The notes beneath the pieces were generated by a model. The model worked only from the letters and a program-made list of their open reading frames with translations, was not told where the DNA came from and searched no databases. From Squalus acanthias (Eukaryota), in the NCBI GenBank assembly GCA_030390025.1, contig JASTWF010000036.1, forward strand, positions 3,536,001 to 3,600,000: DNA of 64,000 nucleotides. The letters are read 5' to 3'. Below are positions 25,696 through 37,798 of the stretch, one piece after another. Position 1 is the first letter of the stretch. Every line of letters begins with the position of its first letter. The position numbers were made by a program, and so were the translations under genes.

Positions 25696-26013
25696 CACAG
25701 AATCACAGAATCCCCACAATGCAGATAGAGGCCATTTTGGCCCATCGAGCCTGCACCGACACATATCCCATCCTATCCCCGTAACCCCACGTATTTAATC
25801 CCCCTAACACTAAGGGTCAATTTATCATAGCCAAATCAACCTAACCCGCACATCTTTGGACTGTGGGAGGAAACCGGAGCACCCGGAGGAAACCCACGCA
25901 GACACGGGGAGAATGTGCAAACTCCACACAGACAGTCACCCGAGGTCAGATTCGAACCCGGGTCCCTGGCGCTGTGATGCAGCAGTGCTAACCACTATGC
26001 CACCGTGTTGCCC
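25696..26013 (-). mobile_element. HE1-type V-SINE
   Basis: Minus strand has a tRNA head (GGTGGCATAGTGGTTAGC / GGTTCGAATC), the V-domain (gtggagtttgcacattctccccgtgtctgcgtgggtttcctccgggtgctccggtttcctcccacagtccaaaga) and a CR1-like tail (ATTCTGTG)n. Confidence 0.85.
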
Positions 26014-26178
26014 GTGTCTGCGGAGGATATGCCATCCTTCAGAACTGGAGGGTATCACGGACAAACAGCATTGAAAAAGGAACAGAATGAAGGAAAGGGG
26101 GTAAGGGCGGAAAAGAAATCCAACAAGCACAACGGCCACACATAGGAAAAGAAACCGAATGAGCTGTAAAGCGAAGAA

Positions 26179-26392
26179 TAGGGGTTGCCAACCCTCCCTG
26201 GCGTCTCCAGGGATGAAAGATCAATCTCCTGGACACGGCTGCGAGCAATCCGGGAGGAAAAAAATCACGGGGGCGTTAAACAAAATGGTGTGCTTTTGTC
26301 ATTTTCTTTGAACACCTTTGTTTAATAGTCAGCAAAAATATTGGAGATGGGGGACAAAAAGGGCTGTTTGGAGGCCAGAGTTGGTAACCCGA
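26179..26392. mobile_element. Short DNA element with GGGTTGCCA-type TIRs (hAT-like MITE); second copy at 42952-43218
   Basis: Ends ggggttgccaac / gttggtaaccc. Interior shared with 42952-43218. Confidence 0.6.
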
Positions 26393-26850
26393 GTCGACAA
26401 CAGGAGCTGGTTAAATGGCAGAAGCAGAAATGAGGAAGGATTTCTATCGCAATCTCCACAGCTGCCACCTGGCCTGCTGTGTGATTCCGTTTTTTGTTTC
26501 AGACTTCCAGCCTCGGCAGGATTTCGCTTTTCGTTCAATTACCTTTCATTTAAACTTGATTGCAGACCTTGCCTTTGGGCTCTTTGTTAATTCAGCACAT
26601 TTGCTTAAAAGTGTGAATTAAATCTAATTATAGTTTACTTCCAGAAATGATTAACTAGAAACAAACTCAAATAACTCACCATAACAGTAAAACATAGATT
26701 AGCTTGCGCAGTATGTTCAAACCAACCAACTCCCAACAATCTCCATTCCACCTACTTCCTGTGACACACAGAATTGCCCCAATAATATAGCCGAACCCAT
26801 ATTAGTAGGCTAAAATCTGCCTGCTTCTAAACAATACTTCAATTAATCTA

Positions 26851-27087
26851 AAATGAGAAGTCGCACAACACCAGGTTATAGTCCAACAGTTTTATTTAAA
26901 ATTACGAGCTTTCGGAGCTGCTGCTCCTTCGTCAGGTAGAGGTACAGGTACAGGTACCTCTACCTGACGAAGGGGCAGCAGCTCCGAAAGCTCGTAATTT
27001 TAAATAAAACTGTTGGACTATAACCTGGTGTTGTGCGACTTCTCATTTTTGTCCACCCCAGTCCAACACCGGCATCTCCGCATCATG
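26851..27087. mobile_element. Fold-back Penelope pLTR insertion with two divergent hammerhead motifs
   Basis: 96-bp inverted arms (26850-26945, 26954-27049, 1 mismatch) and a 38-nt tail. 15-bp direct repeat ACTTCAATTAATCTA at 26836-26850 and 27088-27102. The arms match the 3' end at 18738-18825. Confidence 0.85.
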
Positions 27088-27473
27088 ACTTCAATTAATC
27101 TAGTCCAGTGACATTCAAACTATTCTGTGCGGGGGGAGTCCCTGCCAATATTGACTCCTGGGGAACCTCCTGCAACTATTGCCCCACTCCCACGGCCCCT
27201 CCTGCCAATATTTCCTCGGCACCCCCTTTAAATGTCGACGGGCTCCCAGGAACCTCCTGATCTCACTTCCGATAAACAGTGTTCAGCTAGCCAGAGGGAA
27301 GCAGTGGATGAAACAGAAATAATGTGCTCATAAATGAGCAAATACAGAAATTCCGAGACACTAGACCCAATTTTAACCTGGGGCGAGATCGGGAGGTGCA
27401 AAATCAAGCAACAATATGATAATGACCAGATAGTCTGGGTTTTTTTAAGTGATGGTGGTTAAGGGTTAATGCA

Positions 27474-27995
27474 GAGACCACACCTGGAGTATTGTGTACA
27501 GTTTTGGTCTCCTCACCTAAGGAAGGATACACTTGCCATAGAGGGAGTGCAACGAAGGTTCACCAGACTGGTTCCTGGGAAAGGGGATTGTCCTATGAGG
27601 AGAGATTAAGTAGACTAGGCCTATATTCTCTAGAGTTTAGAAGAATGAGAGGTGATCTCATTGAAGCATACAAAATTCTTACAGGGTTTGACAGGGTAGA
27701 TGTTTCCTCTGGCTGGGGAGTCCAGAACCAAGGGTCACAGTCTTAGAATAAGGGGTCGGCCATTTAGGATTGAGATGAGGAGAAATTTCTCTGCCCCAGA
27801 GAGCTGTGGAGGCTCAGTCGTTGAGTATATTCAAGGCTGAGATCGATAGATTTTTGGATATTAAGGGAATCAAGGGGTATGGGGATAGTGCAGGGAAGTG
27901 GAGATGAGGTAGAAGATCAGCCATGATCTTATTGAATGGCGGAGCAGGCTCGAAGGGCCAAATAGCCCACTCCTGCTCCTATTTCTTATGTTCAG
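27474..27995 (+). mobile_element. CR1 3' fragment nested in a degenerate DeuSINE (27405-28225, -)
   Basis: [25 protein letters not shown]. The SINE continues on both sides. Confidence 0.8.
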
Positions 27996-28621
27996 AGATA
28001 TTCTTTGAATAGTGCCATGAAGATCTAGTTTACATCCACCTGAGAGACCTTGGTTTAACATCTTCATCTGAAAGATAGCACCATTCAACAGTGCAACACT
28101 CCCTCAGTACTTCACAAGACAAATTAGCCTAGATTCTGTGCTCAATGTTGCATGGAGTGGGATTTGAACCCATGGCCTTCTGACTCAGCAGCAAGAGTGA
28201 TACTAGCTGAGCCACGGCTGACACATAGCTGGAGATACATGTCAGGTATGTAGCTAAAGATTTGCCTGACAGAGTGGGAGGTGTTTGACTATTTCAAGCA
28301 TGTTTAGGCAAAGAAAGAGACTGCGGAAAATTGCCTTAGTTTATCCCCATTCAATAATTAGTGTGTTAGTCACAGTGAGACGATACATTTTGTCTGGGAC
28401 CAGCTCATCATAGAGCATTCAATTTCCTGGCTGTTCCGTGTTCACTGATCTCGGCTGCGACAGTGGATGGGCTACAATTAGCTATCAGCTCGGGGGGGAG
28501 GGAAAACCAGCCACGTCTCCCGCTTCTGATTGCTATCCTGCTAGAAAGTGGGTGCGTCTCGGGTGGGCTCGGCTGTGAGGCCGTGCATAGTCGAACAGCC
28601 TGCTGACACTTGCTGTTGCAG

Positions 28622-29078
28622 CCAGCGGTAGCGTAGTGGTAATGTCACTGGCCTGGACTAAGAATTCATGAGACATGAGTTCAAATCCCACCATGGCAGC
28701 AGGGGAATTTAAATTCACTTAATTAAATAAATCTGGAATTTAAAAAAAAAAGCTAGTATCAGTAAAGGTGACCGTGAAACTATCGGATTGTCGTAAAAAC
28801 CCATCTGGTTCACTAATATCCTTCAGGGAAGGAAATCTGCCGTCCTTACCCGGTATGGCCTATATGTGACTCCAGACCCACAGCAATATGGTTGACTCTT
28901 AACTGCCCTCTGAAATGGCCTAGCAAGCCACTCAGTTGTAACAAACCGCTACAAAACAAAATAATACGGACTGCAGTGGTTCAAGGCGGTGGCTCGCCAC
29001 CACCTTCTCAAGGGCAATTTGAGGTGGGCAATAAATGCTGGCCTTGCCAGCGATGCCCACATCCCAGGAACGAATAAA
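28622..29078 (+). mobile_element. tRNA-headed SINE with probable Meta-domain and Zenon-like LINE tail
   Basis: Head GGTAGCGTAGTGG / GAGTTCAAATCCC. Core agggaaggaaatctgccgtccttacc...gactccagacccacagcaat.tggttgactcttaactgccctctg. Tail shared with the 8640-8750 LINE end. Second copy at 50090-50563 (-). Confidence 0.7.
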
Positions 29079-30079
29079 AAAAAGGCACACACAGGGAGAA
29101 TGGCCGCTCGGGCAAGGCATGGCAGGGCTCCCAGCAGCGGTGGCTGGGGTGGTGCCTCAGTAAGAACCAGCCCCTTCAAAGGGAGGAGGGGAGAAAAGTG
29201 CCTCAGTATGGGAAATATGACTCTGTGGCAATTGCACCCAAAGTGTGGGTATTGCCAAAGAGCAGTGTGCCTAATAACTGGCTGACGATATCACCACTGA
29301 GAGGGCGGTTCCACAGATTGCTACCTGGGCTCCATTTGTGCATGTGTTTCCCCGAAACTAGGGGCCATAAATATAAGGTAGTCACCAAGAAATCCAATAG
29401 GGAATTCAGGAGAAACTTCTTTAACCAGAGAATGTGGAACTCGCTACCACAGGGAGTGGTTGAGGTGAATAGCACAGATACATTGAAGGGGAATGCTAGA
29501 TAAACACATGAGGGAGAAAGGAATAGAAGGATATGTTGATGGGGTGAGATGAGGAGGCTCGAGTTGGGCCGAATAGCCTGTTTCTGTGCCTCAATTCGAT
29601 GTAAGTTTAATGGTGAGGTGTACGTTCTTGCAAATTGAAGGAAATAGTGTTCGGAGTGCAATTTTGCAAATCTGAATGGCAGATGATGTAACCTTGTAAT
29701 AGTGGGAACAGTTGCTACATTCTGTCTGTCTCCACTCTCATTAACACCGCGTGAGTGCAAAATTGAAAGTGTTGCAATCAGTCTCACTGGGCTCCAGCGA
29801 GCCCTTTCGGCCCATCATATCTGTGCTGGCTCTTGGCTAGAGCAAAATCGACCCTGCATTGTCACACATCAATGGCTCAGACCATGGGCTGCATTAATTA
29901 GCCTGCAATGAAACACCCACAATAAACCTGACCTGCTGAGTATTTCCAGCATTTTCTGTTTTTAGATCAGATTTCCAGCATCTGCAGTGTTTTGCTTTTG
30001 TGTACCCAAAATAAACAGTTTTAATGGAACTATTCTTGTTCCTTATATAAATCTCCCCACTCCACAAATAAGCAGTTTT

Positions 30080-30805
30080 AGAAACATAGAAACATAGAAG
30101 ATAGGAGCAGGAGTAGGCCATTCGGCCCCTCGAGCCTGCTCCGCCATTCATTGAGATCATGGCTGATCATCCAAATTCAGTACCCTGTCCCTGCTTTCTC
30201 CCCATATCCCTTGATCCCTTTAGCCTTAAGAAATATATCTAACTCCTTCTTGAATATATTTAATGAATTGGCCTCAACTGCCTTCTGTGGTAGAGAATTC
30301 CACAGGTTCACCACTCTCTGGGTGAAGAAATTCCTCCTCATCTCAGTCCTAAATGGCTTACCCCTTATCCTTAGACTGTGACCCCTGGTTCTGGACTCCC
30401 CCGCCATCGGGAACATCTTTCCTGCATCTAGTCTGTCTAGTCCTGTTAGAATTTTATAAGTTTCAATGAGATCCCCTCTCATTCTTCGAAACTCTAGTGA
30501 ATACAAGCCCAATCGACCCAATCTCTCTTCATACGTCATTCCTGCCATCCCAGGTATCAGTCTGGTGAATCTTCGCTGCACTCCCTCCATGGCAAGAACA
30601 TCCTTCCTCAGATAAGGCGACCAAAACTGCACACAATACTCAAGGTGTGGTCTCACCAAGGCCCTGTACAACTGCAGCAAGACATCCTTGCTCCTGTACT
30701 CGAATCCTCTCACTATGAAGGCCAACATACCATTTGCCTTCTTAACCGCCTGCTGCACCTGCATGCTTACCTTCAGCGACTGGTGCACAAGGACTCCCAG
30801 GTCTC
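30080..30805 (-). mobile_element. CR1 3' fragment (young subfamily)
   Basis: Uninterrupted 203-aa ORF 30177-30788, near-identical to 33673-34172. Confidence 0.9.
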
Positions 30806-31049
30806 TCCTCTTGTCCTGAAGGTGCCAATGTCCTCGCTGAGATACAGTTGCACAGGCATCATTTGCCCTCCCCTCCCTGTTTCGGTTTCTGGCCCAGGTG
30901 AGCTTTGTTCATGTGTAAGCCCAGACAGTGAGTGTTGACAGGCTCAAGGACCATGAGGAGACATTACAGCTGAACTCACCCAACACCAAGAGTCAGTAGA
31001 TAACAGAGGGGGCTCTCAGGTGACACAGGTGAGACACTGCCTCACCTAG

Positions 31050-31201
31050 ACCTCCAGTTCCTCAGGGCAGTGTCCTGGGCCCAACTATCTTCAGCTGCTT
31101 CATCAGTGACCTTCCCTCCATCGTAAGGTTAGGTATGGGGATGTTCGCTGATGACTGCACAGTGTTCAGTTCCATTCGCAACTCCTCAGATAACGAAGCA
31201 G
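31050..31201 (+). mobile_element. Zenon-like LINE RT core fragment
   Basis: VPQGSVLGPTIFSCFISDLPSIV..MFADDCTVF. Confidence 0.8.
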
Positions 31202-31529
31202 GAATGTATGTTAAAACCTTTTCCAATGGTGCTATGTTTGCTGCGATTTAGAATTAGTGCAAAATAGAGGCTTATTGGCTGAAGTGAACTGCCCGGGAGA
31301 GTGCTGAGTTTAGCAGAACAGGTAGTTCCCAGGTCTGTGATGAGTTGGCTGTTCCCAGCTTGGGAAAAGTTGGGGTGCTATAATGGGCCCCATTGCTACT
31401 GGATTAGGGAGGCGAAACTCAGCCAGGGTTCCTGTTCCTGATCACTAGCTAGTGATCCCTGCTGGAAAGACTACATGTGCGGAGCTCAGCTGAACACAGG
31501 ATCGAGCACGGATGTAATGCCTCTTACAA

Positions 31530-32735
31530 AGAAAGAATGGTTTGCATTTCTATAGCGCCTTTCATGACCTCAGGACATCCTAAAGTGCTTTACAGCCAAT
31601 GAAGTACTTTTTGAAGTGTAGTCACTGTTGTAATGTGGGAAATGGAGCAGCCAATTTGTGCACAGCAAGCTCCCACAAACAGGAATGTGAAAATGACCAG
31701 ATAATGGCCCAGAAATTCGGCTGTTGTCGGGTGAGTACGCGCTGTGTACTCACCCGTAAGGCCACCTGAAGTGCCGGTTTCCTGCATGCACTGCGCATGC
31801 GCTGGAAACCGGAACTTCCGTTCCCTTGAAGGAAGGGGTTCAGAAGTCGAACGTGTGCGCGGGAGAGGCAGCGCGCACGCAGCGAACTTCGTTTTTTTTT
31901 TCAGGTTTCTCCGTGAGGGTAAGTATGGAGAAGCTGCACATTTAAAAAGGAGGCGCAAGGCCTGTTTTTAACAAGGTAAGTGGTGAATTAAGTAGAATTT
32001 AAACATTTTTTCAACAGGTTTATCTTTTTTACATACTTTAAAGAAAGGTAAGTTCATTTTTAGCACCGTTAAAAAGTGTAATTAATTTTTTCAAAAATTT
32101 AAATTTTTGTTTAAAGTAGTTAATTTATGTAATTTATAGTTATTTTAAAAATGTGATGGTTTTTAACAAATGTATTGGAAGTTTTAGTGTGGTTTTGGGG
32201 CCGATCTCTATTCATAGATTTGACAGGTCTTCCTGTCAAATCTATGAATGAAGATTCCCTGCTCCGATTGGCTCTCCATGGCCCACGTGATCCCAGGGGA
32301 CGCTTCGAACTAACTGCGCCCCTGGGATACGCAAGCACTGCGCGCCGGCAGCTGCAGGAGGCCCAGGAGCCGAATTCCTCGTGGGCCCGAAGCACAACTG
32401 CAGGCGCGGTAGGTAAGTACGCGCGCGATCCTTGCACCCGCAGGAAGCCGGAGAGCCGAATTTCTGGCCCAATCTGTTTTAGTGATGTTGGTTGAGAGAT
32501 AAATATTGACCAGGACCCCGGGGAGAACTCCCCTGCTCTTCCTCAAAATAGTGCCACGGGATCTTTTATGTCCACCTGAGAGAGCAGACGGGGCCTCGGT
32601 TTAACATCTCATCCGAAAGACGGCACCTCCGACAGTGCAGCCTAGATTTTTGCACTCAAGTTTCTGGAGTAGGGCTTGAACCCACAACCTTCTGAGTCAG
32701 CAGCAAGGGCACTACCCACCGAGCCACGGCTGGCA
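31530..32735 (-). mobile_element. DeuSINE interrupted by a MITE
   Basis: Removing 31706-32470 and one AAT restores gaccagatAATctgttttagtgatg. Confidence 0.85.
31706..32470 (+). mobile_element. Harbinger-type MITE, 765 bp
   Basis: 17-bp TIRs GGCCCAGAAATTCGGCT / AGCCGAATTTCTGGCCC (1 mismatch). TSD AAT. Confidence 0.9.
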
Positions 32736-33672
32736 GCCCGAATACCCTGCCGACTGTCACTGTCTAAGCTCACACATGACGAATGGTGGCTTGAGTGAGT
32801 TACAGGAGGACTATTGGCATTCGGTGCGTCAGCTCTTTCAGGACAGGAGGAGATAAGGGGAGAAAAAAACAGAACAAAAACGCACATAAAAGAAATAGGC
32901 TCAGAATAAATAATAAAGATGAGAGCGGGGAGATGTCAATAAATCAGGAGGTATAAATGAATGGGTACCCAGTGGACAGGGCCATGCGAATGCTGATAAA
33001 TTGACGTGATTTTGCACTCGTGCAGGAAACAACAGGTACTGGTGCTTGAAGGCTGGGCATGAAGTGAGATGGTAAACTGGCTCCACAGACACCAGATGAA
33101 TGCAGTTTTTATGTAGTGGGGTTTAAAGTGTGTTGAAGGGACAGGACGATACGCAGGTCAAATTGAGGTGCAGTCACACGAAGGAAGAAAGACTTGCATA
33201 TGACACCTTATCGTGTTTCAGAAACAACTCAAACCTCTTTACAGATAATGAATTACTTGGAAGTGCAATGTTTGTTGGCCAACAAGGCAGTCACTTTGAA
33301 CACAAACAAAGTCAAACAGCAATGAGCTGAAAAAACAGTTCATCTGTTTTTGGCAGTGTGTGTTCAAGGCGGAATATTGGCCAGGACACCTCAGGAGAAC
33401 GCCCTGCTCTCCTTTGAATAGTGCCTTTCGAGCTCCAGTGTTTACTTGAAGCCAACAGATGTTGGCCAGCCCCTGCGGAACCATCTACCTGCACGATTCA
33501 GCACCTTCAGGAAGCGAGAGGGAAAATGGGGCGGGTGGGCGGCGAATAAAATAAAGAAAGAAAATAATGCATGTGATATCATAGATCTTTAATTTTAAAA
33601 AAAGCGCTTGATAAGGTCCCTCTTGAAGGAATTATAACTAAACAGGAAGGGGCAGAATTTCTGCGGGGGTTA

Positions 33673-34172
33673 ACATAGAAGATAGGAGCAGGAGTAGGCC
33701 ATTCGGCCCCTCGAGCCAGCTCCGCCATTCAATGCGATCATGGCTGATCATCCAAATTCAGTACCCTGTCCCTGCTTTCTCCCCATATCCCTTGGTCCCT
33801 TTAGCCTTAAGAAATATATCTAACTCCTTCTTGAATATATTTAATGAATTGGCCTCAACTGCCTTCTGTGGTAGAGAATTCCACAGGTTCACCACTCTCT
33901 GGGTGAAGAAATTCCTCCTCATCTCAGTCCTAAATGGCTTACCCCTTATCCTTAGACTGTGACCTCTGGTTCTGGACTCCCCTGCCATCGGGAACATCCT
34001 TCCTGCATCTAGTCTGTCTAGTCCTGTTAGAATTTTATAAGTTTCAATGAAATCCCCTCTCATTCTTCTAAACTCTAGCGAATATAAGCCTAAACGACCC
34101 AATCTCTCTTCATACGTCATTCCTGCCATCCCAGGTATCAGTCTGGTGAATCTTCGCTGCACTCCCTCCATG
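33673..34172 (-). mobile_element. CR1 3' fragment
   Basis: ORF 33758-34171. Confidence 0.9.
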
Positions 34173-34382
34173 GTTCACCCAATTCCCCGCCGTAACTTTG
34201 GCAGTAGATCGACAGAACCCCCGCCGCCCCCCCCCTCCCCCCCCGGACACACGGTGCAAATGGCCATTTTCAGTCCTTTTATGTCAATTTTTTTCTCTTA
34301 CAACACTCCTGTGAAGCGCCTTGGGATGTTTTACTACATTAAAGGTGCTATATAAATACAAGTTGTTGGTGTTTCAGCTTTG

Positions 34383-34807
34383 TGTCAGCCGTGGCTCAGT
34401 GGGTACCACCCTTCGTCTCTGAGTCAGAAGGTTGTGGGTTCATAGTCCCACTCCAGGGACTTGAGCACAAAAATCCAGGCTGACACTGCAGTGCTGAGGG
34501 AGTGCCACACTGTCAGAGGTGCCGTCTCTCGGATGAGACATTAAACCGAGGCCCCAGGTGAACGTAAAAGATCCCATGGCCACTATTTGAAGAAGAGCAG
34601 GGGAGTGCTCCCCGGTGTCCTGGCCAATATTTACCCCTCAATCAAAAAAACAGATTATCTTGTCATTATCACATTGCTGTTTGTGGGAGCTTGCTGTGTG
34701 CAATTCGGCTACTACATTTTAACACTTCAAACAGTACTTCATTGGCTATAAAGCGCTTTGAGACGTCCGGTGGTCGTGAAAGGCGCTATAGAAATGCAAG
34801 TCTTTCT
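34383..34807 (+). mobile_element. DeuSINE
   Basis: Family match. Confidence 0.85.
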
Positions 34808-34949
34808 TGTTGTTGTTGTTTTTCTGGGGATGCTGCCGAGGTCACGGCGGGAGATTGGGAGAATCCGTCCGCAGACGTCTCTACGCTCAAGAAAGAAGTA
34901 AATTGAGTCTTACTCAGGCGTCTGCCTTTGGCTCAGTTGGTAGCACTCT

Positions 34950-35119
34950 GCGGGTGGCGGAGCGGGCCCAGGGGCTGAGTGGCCGGGTCCTGCTCCTACT
35001 TCTTGTGTTCTTTAGATTTGAGGTTAGGATCAGAACAGCCATGATCTTATTGAATGGCGGAGCAGGCTCGAGGGGCCAATTGGCCGACTCCTGCTCCTAT
35101 TTCTTATGTTCTTATGTTC
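34950..35119 (+). mobile_element. Dimeric CR1 3' end inserted into a DeuSINE head (34925-35280)
   Basis: Same duplicated 3' UTR as 63637-63830. The SINE reads tagcactct|cacctctga across it. Confidence 0.8.
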
Positions 35120-35542
35120 TCACCTCTGAATCCTAAAGGTTGTGGATTCAATCCCACTCCATCAAAACTTGAGCACAAATTCTAAGCTGGCAATTTAGTG
35201 CAGTACTGAGGGAGTGTTGCGCCGTCTTTCAGATGAGATGTTAAACTGAGGCCCCGTCTGCCCTCCCAGGTGAATGTGAAAGTTTTGCATTTCCCTTGAT
35301 TTTTCCTTCAAATAAAGTCGTTCCGGTGGATTAGGAGACCTGGAATCAAATCCCAATCTGTCTAACTTTCGTATTAGCTTTCTCCAGCACATAGTTGCTG
35401 TTTTCATCCAGGTCAGCAGGTGGAGCAACAAGCAATGTTGAACTGGGAGGGAGAATAGTCTGAAGTTGAGCACCATGACTACTCGCTGTCCACAGAAAGT
35501 CATTGGCAGAGGCCGTGTGGGTGGTTTTGGTCACAGTTAAAT

Positions 35543-36170
35543 CCTGTAACATCACTCGTCTTCGCCCTTGCCTCAGCCCATCTCCGGCTGAAACCTTCAT
35601 CCATGCCTTTATCATCTCCAGACTTGACCATTCCAATGCTCTCCTGACCGACCTCCCATCTTCCACCCTCTGTAAACTTCAACTCATTCAAAACTGCTGC
35701 CCGTGTCCTAACTCGCACCAAGTCCCATTCACCCATCACCCCTCTGCTTGCTGACGTCCATCAGGCTCCAAGTCCGGCAACGCCTCCAATTTACTATTGT
35801 CATCTTTGTGTTCAAATCCCTCCATGGTCTCGCCCCTCCCTATCTCTGTAACCTCCTCGAGCACTACAACCCTCCGAGATCTCTGCGCTCCTCCAATTCT
35901 GGCCTCTTGTGAATCCCACACTTCCTCCGTTCCACCATTGGCAGCTGTGCCTTCAGCGAACTAGGCCATATGCTCTGGAATTCCCTCCCTAAACCTCTCC
36001 GTTTCTCCACCAGCCTTACCTCCTTTAAAGCCATGGCTTTCACCAAGATTTTGGTCACCCCTTCAAATAGCTCCTTTTTTGGCTTGGTGTCCATTTTTGT
36101 CTAATTACACCTCTGTGAAGCGCCTTGCGATGTTTTACTATGTTAAAGGCGCTATATAAGTTGTTGTTGG
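35543..36170 (+). mobile_element. L2 LINE 3' fragment
   Basis: NITRLRPCLSPSPAETFIHAFIISRLDHSNALL followed by the L2 3' tail. Confidence 0.85.
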
Positions 36171-36304
36171 TACTCATACAGCCTAAGGGCCATTAGTGAC
36201 CCACCTTCTCTTCAGCTGTCGCCTTTGGTAGACTTGCAGCTTCATATATCTGTGTACCTGATCATTGTACGATATTGGCTGACCTGGGATTCAGTGCTTC
36301 TGAG

Positions 36305-36850
36305 TGTCAGGCATGGTTCAGTGGGTCGCACTCTCGCCTCTGAGTCAGAAAGTTGTCGATTCAAACCCCGCTCCAGAGATTTGAGCACAAAATCTAGGCT
36401 GACACTCCAATACAGCACTGAGGGAGTGCTGCACTGTCGGAGGTGCCGTCTTTCGGATGAGATGTTAAACCGATGCCCCGTCTGCTCTCCCAGGTGGACG
36501 TAACAGATCCCATGGCACTATCTCGAAGAAGAGCAGGGGAGTTATCCCCGGTGTCCCAGCCAATATTTATCCCTCAATCAACATCACTAAAAATATCTGG
36601 TCATTATCACATTGCTGTTTGTGGGATCTTGCTGTGCACACATTGGCTGCCGCGTTTCCTACATTACAACAGTGACCACACTTCAGAAGTACTTCATTGG
36701 CTGTAAAGCGCTTTGGGACGTCCTGAAAAAGAAAGAAAAGAAAGACTTGCATTTCTACAGCGCCTTTTACGACCACCGGACGTCTCAAAGCGCTTTACAG
36801 CCAATGGTGTTGGCTGAGGTTATGAAAGGTGCTGTCGAAATGCAAGTCTG
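36305..36850 (+). mobile_element. DeuSINE with an inverted SINE tail inserted at 36727-36806
   Basis: Family match. An internal reverse-complement copy of the SINE 3' end is present. Confidence 0.8.
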
Positions 36851-37798
36851 TTGTCTGTCTGTCTTTTTTTCTCCCCAACAAAAGGACTTCCACACAGCAA
36901 GTGAAAGGGCCCTTCAAAAAAATAAAACTGTTTAATCAAACTATTGGTCCCACAGTTCTTTTTCTTTCCCTGTGGGGATGGTCCTGAGACCTCCAGTTGT
37001 CCGCAGTGACCTGTTGGAGCTCACTCTGTGGGAATGCGGCCTTATAAATGCAAGCCTTTCTTTCTTTTCTTTCTTTTTTGAACAGAAAGTTCATGAGTAA
37101 CTCCGCATTAGAGGATATAAAGGGTAGAATGTAAAAGTCAAATTATCTTCACAGAACATTTTACATATGACATTCCAATCACAAGAACTAAATTTCCTTT
37201 GCATAGTAATCGGTAGAGAATCACCGAAGCAGAGGAAAAAGAGGTTTGGTCACTGGTATTATCACACTATACCAGTGACCGCAGCCACTGTATAAACTGG
37301 CCTGCTTATCTTCTACTTCAGAAATACAATGACCCCTTATACAACCGATAGGATAGAAAGATCTCTGAAATAGCATGTGTTCTTTATTGTTCCCTTTACG
37401 CCCCACATTACAACAGTGACTGTACTTCAAAGCCATTCATTGTACGGGAAATACTTTGGGGCATCTCGAGAGATAAGGGTGCATAAAAATGCAAGATCTT
37501 TTTCTTCCATTTCTGTAATGAACTCCTCGCTGTTGGTGCTATTACTAGAACGCAACCAGATGTCAGCACTGGTCCGCCCTCTATTAACCCCACTCTATGG
37601 CATCAAGGAGCTGAGACACTCAGTCAGGCTCGCAGGCCTAATTGAGAAAATGGAAGGGCCTGCGAGTGTTCTGTCAGATTGAGGGAGCTAGTTTCTATGA
37701 ACTAAATGCAGAAAGCCACTCCCTGCACGTGCACTCTGAGTATCAACATTATACAACGGAGCCCAACTCCACAAGACAGAGCAAAGATGTTTTGGAGT

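Noticed and set aside
35346..35545. Possible minus-strand terminal exon (DLTVTKTTHTASANDF...)
   Set aside because: The apparent acceptor lies in the L2 boundary with no polypyrimidine tract, and the peptide is unrecognised.
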